Assembly (NCBI GenBank): GCA_013239625.1
Contig: MU053594.1
Coordinates: 1,802,127 to 1,866,126 of the forward strand
Direction of reading: 5' to 3'
From: Lama guanicoe
Taxonomy: Eukaryota
DNA length: 64,000 bases
The notes beneath the pieces are model-generated. The model worked only from the letters and a program-made list of their open reading frames with translations. It did no database searches and was not told where the DNA came from. Positions 1-10,289 of this stretch are shown piece by piece (position 1 is the stretch's first letter; each line of letters starts with the position of its first letter). The translations under genes and the position numbers were made by a program.

Positions 1-44
1 AGAAAGTCTAACAAACTACAAAAGATAAAATAAACGCAAATTGA

Positions 45-1120
45 AAATTCATTCATTCAATAAACATTTACTTAGAGCTCAGTGTCTAGGCACTAAAGAT
101 ACAACAATAAATAAAAACAGTCAAAAATCCAATTCATTTTTTTTTTCTAAAAAAGGCAAAGCTGAATGACAGTGTCTAGGGATGCAATTTGAGTAATAAA
201 ACCATGATGAAATGTAAGGAAATGATTGTTATAAAAATCAGAATAAAGTTGTTCCCGGGACAGGACACAAGGAAGAGGCTTCTGGGGCGGGTGGCAAAGT
301 TTCTTGACCTGGGTGGAACTACTGTTATAATAATTCATTGTGCCATAGATTTGATTCTTGTGATTTTCTGTACCTGTGCTTTCATCCTAATGAGGGGAGA
401 CAAGGAATATACAAGGAATATACAAAACAATAAATAGATGATAAAGTATATTAGAAGAAACTAAGTGCTACTGAGACAATTAAGACGGGGGAGAGGGATA
501 AGCAATGTTGGGAAAGACACTGTCATTTTGAGTAAGTGGTGAGAGGCGGCGTCATTGAGAAGGTAACATTTAAGATGTGAAGGAAATGAGAAAACAAGCC
601 AAGTACATAACTCGAAACAGAGTTTCAGGGGGAAGGAAGAGTAAGAGTAAAGCCCTGAGGCCTGGGGTGTCGCTGGTGAGTTTGAGATTTTCAAGGAAGC
701 CAGTGTGAACGAGGGAAAGAATCACTGAAGACGAGGCGGCCAGACCATGTAGAGTCTGTAGGCCACTGTAAGAACTCAGACATTTAGTCTAAGGAAGATG
801 AGGAGACAATGAAGGGTTACAAGCAGGGAAATGTCTTGACTTGACTTAATATTTTAACAGGATCACAGGGGCTGCTGTGTTGAGAATAGACACAAGGGGG
901 ACCAGTTAGGAGACTGCTTCTGGAATCAAGGATGATGACCAAATATGGGGCTTGAACAAACAGAAGAACAGAAATGCCATTAATTCAGATGGGCAAGGGT
1001 ACCAGAGGGAGAGATGTAGGGGAGCTCAGGAACTCAGGGTTATAACATGCGATGCTTCAAAATGCCGAGCAGATATGGAAGTGAAGACTTCGAATAGGCA
1101 CGTGGATACATAAATCTGGG
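45..1120 (-). mobile_element. L2 LINE relic (fragmented)
   Basis: attcattcaataaacatttact L2 3'-end motif and purine-rich L2-like body; boundaries approximate. Confidence 0.6.
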
Positions 1121-1279
1121 CATACTAATGGTTTATATGTTTTAATAGTTTATATGTTTTAATGTTCTCTTCAAGTCTTGAGAATCTCATCAACTTCTCC
1201 CTCGTATGCAATAGTGAGACAGGCTCACAATAAACCATCTAAGCAGACACTGTAATACTGAAAGGACTGCTGTACTTGC

Positions 1280-1424
1280 CAGTGACTGTGGAGACTGAGG
1301 GCTGCAGCCAGGGAGTAGTCCATCGCAGAGCAAGGATTCAAATAAGCAGCTGGAAGCAGGCCCAGGAGCAAAACACTGACCACCCTCTCACTAGTCCAGT
1401 GGAGAGACGCAGCCTTGGAACCAG
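1280..1424 (-). CDS. SDHD: SDHD exon 3 (GC donor)
   Basis: ccacag acceptor, [28 protein letters not shown]..., donor GCAAGT. Confidence 0.93.
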
Positions 1425-4400
1425 CTGTGGAGAGGAAGGACCAGATTTGTAACAGCTGCAGGGGAAAACACACAGCTCAATATTTGCCACAAAATAAACC
1501 AAACAGATAGAGTGGCAAACAGAATGCATTTAAGACTTAACTCTGAACATAAAGAGGGTAAGTTAAAGAAAGTGAGAGAGATGCTATCTCCTTTCTTTGA
1601 AGTCTTTCAGCACAGGGTGTCTCAACACCTACATATACTGCGTAGAAGACAGGTCCACTTTGCTTACAGGCAAGAAATGGACAAAATATCTCTGCAGAAT
1701 TACCAATCTTGGATTTCAGTATAATGGACCTTATGAATATAAGTTGGTGACACCTGAGGAATTCCTTTAAAACATTACTCTTTTATATACACCTAATTAT
1801 TTGTAAGTTAAGTAATATTAAAAACCTTCCCAAAACAAAATAAAACCAGTCAACTCAAAGAGAAGCAAAGTTCTAATGTCAACTTTTAGGATCATGGTTC
1901 TTCTTTGGTCCTGTTACTTATAAACAGCCTCCAAAAGATATGGAACATAAAAACTTCTTTTAAACTCGGGAAAAATAAAATGGTCTTTAAATATCTCTTC
2001 GAAAGACTCTTTTTCTGGTTACTTACCACTGTGGGTATCTAATGAAAGGATGGAGCTACTTCCTAGGAAACATGGATATGTATGTATTAAAAACTCTGCT
2101 TACAATTTTGGGGGCTTTCCTTCAGTCCCATGCATTCCAAATTAAAACCACTCTGCTAAATCTAACCGAACAAAGCGAAGTTCAGAAACAAAAACTTTTC
2201 AAAGATAAAATAATTCTAAAAAGCAGAAAAAGTTTACTTGCCTAACTTCTCATAATTCAGATGCAACTACAAGTGTCTGATGTAAGAATCAAGAGAAGTC
2301 TTTATCTCTGTAAAATATTGACCTTTTTAGACTTTAGAAATAGCTAACTCATTATTCACTTACAGATTTTCTAAGACTAATTTTAATAATATCTAAACAT
2401 TATTCATCCAAGAAATGGCTTATGATTTTACTATCAACCTAAATAAAAAATAACTATGTGTGACTTTGTAAACTGTCTGCTATTCTAAATTACTCTACCT
2501 GGCTCTTCTCCAACCACTAAATAAATAAGGGTAATTAAACTATATTGAACAGTCTTCCTACAGAGCTATTTTCTTTTTTAAAAAGTTAAAAATTTTAAAA
2601 AGACTTAGACCAGAAGGTTCTGTATGAGTGTAAATGACATCATTCAACCTATGCTGGCAAAGGTGTAGGCTAGGTCTGTCCTCTTTTAACAGAGTGGGAC
2701 ACAAGAGTTCCTCCCACTGACAGCAAGTCCTGCCAATGGCATGACAAAAAGCCCAGACGAAGATGCACAGAGCCCAGAAGGCAGCAGCAATGGAGAAAAC
2801 ATACAGTGATGGCTGGGTGACAGGTGGATGTGCTGCACTCCACACCATCCCGGGCTAGGTCGGTCCTGGAGAAACGCTGAGACGTGAGCGGGTCTGACCA
2901 CTGGGGTTTGGAGGAGCAGAGCTGAGGAAAGAGACATTAGGGGTGTCAGAAACACCTCTCCTTTAACGTGATTGACAGACTTTCTAAATGACCACAGGCA
3001 AGCTATTTAACCCTAAATGGGGAATAATCATCTCATCTGTAAAATGAGGACAGCACCTGTTTCACTGGGCTGCTGTGAGGTCAACTAAGTTGCCACTGAA
3101 AGACTGAAAAATCAATGAACACTTCCATAAAAGGGCTTCACTTTTACTAATTAAAAAATAAATAAATTATAGCTCCTTTCGCCTCCCATTTATTCACCTA
3201 TTCATCCAACAAATACTTACTACCTGCAAGACTGTGCTCTGCACTGGAGCAAGAGAGATAAAAGACAAAGTCTTTGATCTCAAGTAATTCAGTTTGGGAA
3301 ATACCACCCTACTTTCCGTGATGAATTTCTCTGCTTGCATTCTTGAACTCACCCCTTTCAGTCCTCCTATAGATCTTGTCTCTTGGTTAAAAAACAGGCA
3401 GACCTAAATTCATCCAGCCCTACCAATATTGGCTGTGATACGATGAGCATTTAAGTTAAATAGGCTCTCCAAGCCTCACTGTCATTTGTAAAATGCAAGC
3501 TCTACTACTTACTTCACAATAGGCTCTTGAAAACTAAATAACACATGTAAAATGTTCAGCATAATTCCCAGAATGTTATAATCACTCAATAAAAGGTAAT
3601 TTCTCTCCTGTATCTTTAATCTCTCCTTCCTTCCTATGGACAATTTGCCCTCATCTGACGTACTATACTTAACATTCCCTTGACCCTGTGTCCTCTAGCT
3701 ACTGTCCATGCACTCTTCCCCTGCTCTTTCTTCTCTTTCCAACACCATGCTTCTTCAAAGTTGTCTAAATCACCTCGATTTCCTCACTTCCCTATCATTC
3801 TTCGACTCTGCAACTTGTCTTTATCCCAACCAAAACAACTTTGGTAAGTCGCCAATGGTCTCCACATGGCCACATCCAACAGGCACTGTTCAGTCTTCAT
3901 CTTACTGGGTCTTTCTGCATCACCTGGCATTGCTGGCCTTTCCCCCCTTCTTTTCTCTGACACAACTCTCTCCTACTTCTCCCTTGAGTCTCTGACCATT
4001 ATATATTAGTCTCCTCCTACATCCACGCTTAAATTTTTGTCCCGGATTCTATCATCTGCCCATTGCTCTCCTGGCTTCTTATGCCCATCCCTAGACATTT
4101 TGTCTACTCTGCTTCTACTGCCTTTAAACTGATGACATCCAATTATGTATCTTCAGCCCTGATATTGCTCCAGAGTTTCAGAAGTGTAAGTGCCTGCAAG
4201 GCCTCTCCCCTAAGATAACGAACATGGTTCTCAAACTTACCTACCACGCCAAAAACGAAAATCTCCCTTCAACTCACTTTCTCATTCAAACTTGTCTCCC
4301 ATTTGCATGCTTCCCCACTTTACTTAATGACATCCCAGCCACTCTGCAACCTAACCCAGAAATCTGGACATCATGTAGGACATTCCCTCTCTATTCAGTC

Positions 4401-5566
4401 AACTGCCAAATCATACTGATGTATCTCCTTAACATTTCTTGAGATAATCTTCTCTTCTGTGCTACTTTCCAAGTTCAGGACCTCACCATCCTTGCCTGGA
4501 CTACTACAACAGTGTCTTATCTGGTCTCCCTGAAATACGTCTTAGCCTGCTCCATTTTCCATGTGGCCAATATCCACAATGTTACCAAAGTGGTCAATCT
4601 AAACTGCAAATCTATGTCAAATCTTTCAACGGCTCCCCTTCACACCAGGTAAAATGCGTTACTTCTTACCAGATGAAGCTCTTCTGTGATGTGATTTCAG
4701 TTCAACTTTCCAGAATCATCTCTCATGCCTCACCTTAATTAAGCTTCACGCTCTAATAATATCCAATTTGTTTTCTCTCATACCAAGCAGTTTCTACACC
4801 TTCATCATTGCTTTTGCGCATCCCGGTAGCCCTAACTGTAATGCCCTTCTTCCTGGGGCCTTCCTAACCCTCAAGACTTAAATAAATCAGGCACACCTCC
4901 TTCAGGAACCGAGACAGGGTAATCCTTCCAAAACAAAGGGCTAATATGTTCTTCCTCTGGACTGGCATACACACACACGTACAGCACAAGAGTTTTTACT
5001 TTACGTTAAATTATGCTTATATGTGTTTCTCCCTACAAAAGGGAGAACTCTTTGAGGGCTGGAACTACGTTTTAGTCATATTTATATTCCAAGCATACTA
5101 CAGTACCTGTAGAACACAAATGCCCAGTTAAACAATTATCGAACTGAACTCCAGGGAAAATGGGCAAGACCAGGAACTGGGACTTAGATCCTAACACTTC
5201 TCCGATTCCAGGTGAGAGCATTCTAAAGACAGCGAACGCGGTGAAAAAGAGAACTCAAATGAATAGCTTCAGCAGGATTATACCTTCCAGAAGGAGCTCT
5301 CAGATTACCCCATCACCACGTCAGCCCGGCGCAGGGGAGACATGCCCTGGGGTGGACACCTGGGCGCGCAGGCAACGCTGGTCACTATTGTAGTTTAGGA
5401 GCCAAAGCAGTCAAAGGGAAGGAGAACGGATCCACCCAGCAGACGAGTCCTCACCGCGTCCCTTTCCCCGGCTGGAGGCTGTGCTAAGAACCTCCGGCTG
5501 CCAGGACCCCTCACCTGCGCCTCCTCGGGCACCGCAGAGGACACTCAGCCTCCAGAGAGCCGCCAT
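1280..5566 (-). CDS. SDHD: Succinate dehydrogenase cytochrome b small subunit (complex II subunit D); coding exons 1-3, 3'-truncated by the window edge
   Basis: Exons 5566-5515 (52 nt), 2921-2805 (117 nt), 1424-1280 (145 nt) splice in frame to [105 protein letters not shown]. This matches SDHD in sequence and exon sizes. Exon 4 is not in the window. Confidence 0.97.
2805..2921 (-). CDS. SDHD: SDHD exon 2
   Basis: tttcctcag acceptor, [20 protein letters not shown]...HLSPSHH, GTATGT donor. Confidence 0.95.
3600..5145 (+). mobile_element. L2 LINE relic in SDHD intron 1
   Basis: Pyrimidine-rich L2-like motifs such as cttgcctggactactacaacag and ctctttgagggctggaactacg; approximate. Confidence 0.6.
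5515..5566 (-). CDS. SDHD: SDHD coding exon 1
   Basis: ATG at 5566, [17 protein letters not shown], donor GTGAGG. Confidence 0.95.
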
Positions 5567-5733
5567 CTCGCTCCTGAAGGCTCAAGGTCATCCAGCCACC
5601 CGGAAGCAGTCATCCGACAACACGACGACGAAAAAAAACAACGAAAAGGATGAACCGGAAGTCAGGGGTAGGCGCGTGCCTGCTGCGCATGCGCACACAC
5701 GCCGGTTGGAAGGTCCCGATCCCGAAGCGGACG

Positions 5734-5817
5734 ATGGCGGAGCTAGGGGAGGCGGACGAAGCGGAGTTGCAGCGTCTGGTGGCGGCCGAACAGCAGAAGG
5801 CGCAGTTCACTGCACAG
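5734..5817 (+). CDS. TIMM8B: TIMM8B coding exon 1
   Basis: acgATGG start, CAG|GTGCGG donor. Confidence 0.95.
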
Positions 5818-7455
5818 GTGCGGGGACAGGGGCTGGTGTGAAGAGGAAGGAGGGGAAGTACAGGTCTCAGGCACCCGCGGAGCTCCGAACGCTGGTGGCG
5901 CGGTGCGGCCGCCGGATGCTCCAGCCCTGCTGTGCACGGTGCCCCTCAAAAGAAACGAGTCACTCCTGCCGCTGGTGACCCGTAGTGCTCAGATACCCGC
6001 TAAGCAAGCCCGGCGTGGGGAAAAGAGAAGGTGTAAAGCAGAGAAGAAAGATTTGGGCGGCGCCAGAGCACTGGAGCCTAGTTTGGCGGCGAGCTCTCTG
6101 GGCTGGCGTTTGGAAGATACGGGTTCTCATTCTGTCTCTGCCCCTTACAGGCCACGTGCCTCTAGACGAAATACCCACTGCCTCCCTGGATGTTGAGGAT
6201 CATATGCGATAATGCACTTGAAACGGTAGAGCAGTAGAACATTATTGGATAAAGGTGGGCTCTGAAGTAGTCAGTCTAGACTGTTAGCTTAGAACAAGCG
6301 TGTTGGAGCATTTTAGAGATGTTTCGAAACCCGGCGTGGTCCTTTACTAGCTGCATGACCTTGGGCTAATTACTTAACCGCCTCTTAAAAGGAGGTGACA
6401 GTCACCTTTTAGTACCGCAAAAAGGATTGACTAGTTAATACCCAGCCTCCGAAAACACTTACGTCCTCGGTAAAAGGTTATTCCCCTCTTTAGAGGGTGA
6501 GTGGTTATGGTGGGAAGGGGAGGGGTCGCGGAGGATAAGTAGCACGAATTCTGGTTAGAAATTATTGCCGGAACGTTATGGGAGTGCACACGGATTTTTG
6601 TGTGTGTGCCTGTGTGTACATTTTTCTGGAGATTGGGTCCATAACCAACCGTCCCAGATTTTCAGATATTTCCATGACACCCAAAAAAGTTAAGAGTTTA
6701 AGAACTACTAAGGAATAGGTTTGGAACGAAATGGGTGCAGTGGTTTGGGGGGAGTTCATTGGTACAGCTTCTCAGCTTACGCTGGTGCTAGTCTGGAAAT
6801 ATAAAAGAAGGTATTAATCCTGCCGGAAATTTTAGGATCTGATTAAGGACTTGACAAATTTAGGAAATTGACAGTTGTTTTCCAGGAGGTAATACTTTGA
6901 ACTCTGGAAAAATCTTTAGGGAGGGCATTCCAGGAGTATTGAGTCAAGCTGAGTAGTGTGTATTGAAACAGTATGGATTGGGTATAAGAGTGTCCTGAGT
7001 GACTAACAGAGAAATTGAAATTGATGCATTAAGCTGACACTGGGGTTGCTTGATGGAAAATACCCCTTTTTTTCCATTACAAAGGAGAAAAATAGAAAAG
7101 ATAAGGATTGTTGCAGTGTAGGGATGAGGATCTGGGCCATACTGGTGACGAATTAGGAAAATCAAGAAATTGAAAGAATGGTTTAGTCAGGGGACAGAAA
7201 AGGAGAAAAATGGGAAGGAAATAAGAAAACTGGCAGAGTTAGGCCTATCTGCAGACCCCAGTGGTTACTATTTTTCTTTCCTCTTAGGTGCATCACTTCA
7301 TGGAGCTATGTTGGGATAAATGCGTGGAGAAACCAGGGAATCGCCTAGACTCTCGCACTGAAAACTGTCTCTCTAGCTGTGTGGACCGCTTCATTGACAC
7401 TACTCTTGCCATCACCAGTCGGTTTGCCCAGATTGTACAGAAAGGAGGGCAGTAG
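5734..7455 (+). CDS. TIMM8B: Mitochondrial import inner membrane translocase subunit Tim8 B (83 aa, 2 exons)
   Basis: Exons 5734-5817 and 7288-7455 give MAELGEADEAELQRLVAAEQQKAQFTAQ|VHHFMELCWDKCVEKPGNRLDSRTENCLSSCVDRFIDTTLAITSRFAQIVQKGGQ*. Twin CX3C motif; GT-AG intron. Confidence 0.98.
7288..7455 (+). CDS. TIMM8B: TIMM8B exon 2
   Basis: ttcctcttag acceptor; CWDKC...CLSSC; TAG at 7453-7455. Confidence 0.96.
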   Translation: MHHFMELCWDKCVEKPGNRLDSRTENCLSSCVDRFIDTTLAITSRFAQIVQKGGQ

Positions 7456-7667
7456 GCCATCCCCTGGGAGAATGACAGAAGCAGCAAAGGACTGGTTATT
7501 AAGCTGACTGAAGGGCCAGTGGGGGAAGGTTGTCAGCCCACTGTCAGGCCAACTTCAGGCTGTCATCAAGCCTGTGGGTGCTAAAAAGTAACAGATCAAA
7601 ATGTTCAAAAAGTGAAATTTATTTATTTGGAATTCAGAAATTCTACCTTGTATCACAACAGTTATTC

Positions 7668-7673
7668 AATAAA
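7668..7673 (+). terminator. Probable TIMM8B polyadenylation signal AATAAA
   Basis: AATAAA about 210 nt after the stop, followed by a T-rich downstream tract (7689-7701). Confidence 0.7.
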
Positions 7674-9781
7674 TGTGAATTCTCCAACTCTTTTTTTTTT
7701 TAATCCATTTTAGGAGTTAATATATAGATCTCTGAATGGCAGGAACACCACAGATAAGTATGTTCCAAGGCCAGTAGTGCAAATGGGAGCCCTTAAGTTT
7801 TGAAGAGCCACCCTAAGCCATATATAAGTGGGCTAGAAGAACCATCAAAGCCATAGCCTAAGGCATAGAAGAGAATTGGGGGTTGAGAAAGGTAAAGAAC
7901 AGAAAACAGCTTTATTGCTTATACATGACCAAGGTAAACAGCAAAAAAACAAAACAGGCAAGATGTGTATTCGCTGGAAAGAGGCCTGCTAGTATGAGAA
8001 GAAGGGAAGGTCAAGACCCAAACAGAACCAACTTCTGGAAATGCCTCATTCCACTGGCCCATCTTCCTGAGTCTGCTTAGAATTAACACTTTCATAGCAC
8101 AGAAACAATGCTAAAAAAAAATGCTGAAAACTCTTTCCAACAAAGATTTCACCTGCTCCAAGAACAATAACTTTAGGTTAAGAGGTAGTAATTACAGACT
8201 GTTCTTCCATCCTTGGGCCCCTACTAATCCCAAAGATAAAAATATACACCATGGATCATCAACAACTGAGTACCAAAGTATTCATATTTTAAATAAATAT
8301 TGCAAAAGGTAGCACCTGCTTATAATCAAGGGATAGGGAACCTCTGGCCAACCATGTATTTTATGATTAAACATTTTATTAGAAATCTGTTCTGTATAGA
8401 GAACAAATTTAATAGTTTATAACTACAAAATACTACCACATCAGTGGAATGTTGTCATAGCCGTATTCTATTGCTGGTGTCTTACGCTGTCAGGCTGCCA
8501 TGAAGTGTTTCTGTATTACACATGGGGAAAGGCCAAGGAGGCTGACTTACCTACCCCAGACCTCACAGCCAATGAGTGGCAGAACCAAGACCAAAAGTCT
8601 GAGTTTTCAAGCCTTTAACTCAGCCCATGAAGTGACAACAAGGAAAAAACAATGTTACATCACTTGATCTGCTGTAATGAAAAAATTCCTTTGTGTTCTG
8701 CCAGCCTTTTTTCAGTGGTATTTTGGTTTCTTAAGAATGAACATAGTAGGGGTCCATAGATAGCAAAGGGGAAGTAACAAAGGTCTCTGCTTGGTGCTTT
8801 AATCCAAAGACAGACTAGGAAGAAACGGCTATGTCCCTGAGAAGCCAATTTCATTTTGGAACTGATTCAAAGTAGTTTCAGGGAAAATCTAAAGTTCACT
8901 AACAGATTTACAAATGAACAAGGAAGACAACATTTAAATGGCAGTTCCTGCCCTGAATCCTGTCCAGAGCACCATTAGACAGCATGACTAATGCCTAATT
9001 CTTCCCCATTTGGCTGAGAACTTAACTAAGAAAACTGAGGAACTAATTTTGAACACAAGTCCGCTTAGTCAATAAACAACAATGGAACTAGAAAACTTTA
9101 CTATTCAATCACCATGCTCAGTGGTATACTGAGTATAGCCGCAGACCCTGTCCAACAGGGAAACTGGACAGAAAACCCTCGTCTCTACCAACAACAGCTG
9201 TCTGTGGATATTATCTGAAGAGAAAATGCTTGTTCATATGCTCATTTCCTCAGTAAGTAAATTAGATCACACCTGTGGGGCCGACATACAGAAAGATCAA
9301 AGCACCAAGGATGAAGCCGAAAAAAAATCAAGTTGTGGCACCTGCTGTACAAACAGCAACACGACGTTCCCTGGTCAGACCACTATACAGCAGTAGCTCC
9401 AATCCACCTCTTGACCCCAGCCCTTGCTTTCCTCAAATTCACCATTCCAACTGGTGTACCCAGGTCACTACTGGATTCAGCTTTCTGGGTCCTTTAGTTT
9501 CCTGTAGGTGCACACTATGCTAAATGTGATTAACTGCAAAAAAATAATCTCCCCAAGAAACCTTCGTAACAAAATACCAGATTCTCCATTAACAATTAGA
9601 GGATCAAGTTTAACAGGCCAAAATAGAAGACAAGAAGTCTGTCAGAACATACACAGGTGGCACAGGACGGCTCTGATCTCAGGCCCCCTGTGCTGAGCGG
9701 TTGAGTCACCGGCAAAACCCCAAGGTGTAAGAGCTGTGAATCTCCGGTCACTCAGGAAACTGAAGAATGTTTCTTTCTCCT

Positions 9782-10289
9782 TTAATCGTCCTCTGAGCTC
9801 TCGGCAGACCTTTCATCTGTAGCCACTTTCCAATTTGTGCGTTTGTTTGTCCTCTCCTGTATTTCATTGTTAACCACAGGGATGTGGACTTTTTTCTCTC
9901 TCTTTTTCCTTTTGGTTTTCTTAGTGTCTCTTTCTTCACTTTCCTCAGAACTGCTTGATGCGGAATCATCTGACTGGGAAGTGTCATTTTCTGCCTCTAA
10001 GAATAAAGCAGATTTTTTGAGAGACTTTTTCCTGGATTTTTTCTTGCGCTTATGTGGTTGTTTCCTTTTCCTGGTACTAGAAGCCCCAGTTTCTTCTGAG
10101 AGCTCGCTTGAGGAATCTGCTATTACATCTGTGGCTTCCTTTTTGCTTTTCTTCTGTTTCTTGTGTGACTTTTTTTTCTGCTTTTTTTTGTGGGATTTCT
10201 TTGACTTCTTGTGTTTGTGAGATTCGTGAGTAGATGATTTTTCCTGGGGAGATGTTTTCTTCCCATTGGTAATATCTTGCTGATCGCTA
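9782..10289 (-). CDS. NKAPD1: NKAPD1 last coding exon
   Basis: SDQQDITNGKKTSPQEKSSTHESHKHKKSKK..., TAA at 9784-9782. Confidence 0.93.

Larger units (their letters stand above)
5330..6200. promoter_or_regulatory. CpG island / bidirectional SDHD-TIMM8B promoter
   Basis: CpG-rich; the divergent ATGs are about 170 bp apart. ERR element TCAAGGTCA 5582-5590, ETS/GABP-type CCGGAAG at 5600 and CCGGAAGT 5655-5662, NRF1 palindrome TGCGCATGCGCA 5684-5695. Confidence 0.9.

Noticed and set aside
5481..6212. Several overlapping 60-165 aa ORFs
   Set aside because: Stop-poor CpG island; only SDHD and TIMM8B exon 1 have recognisable homology
9837..10220. 127-aa Phe/Leu-rich, membrane-protein-like ORF on +
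   Set aside because: It is the antisense shadow of the Lys-rich NKAPD1 last exon (AAA/AAG read as TTT/CTT)
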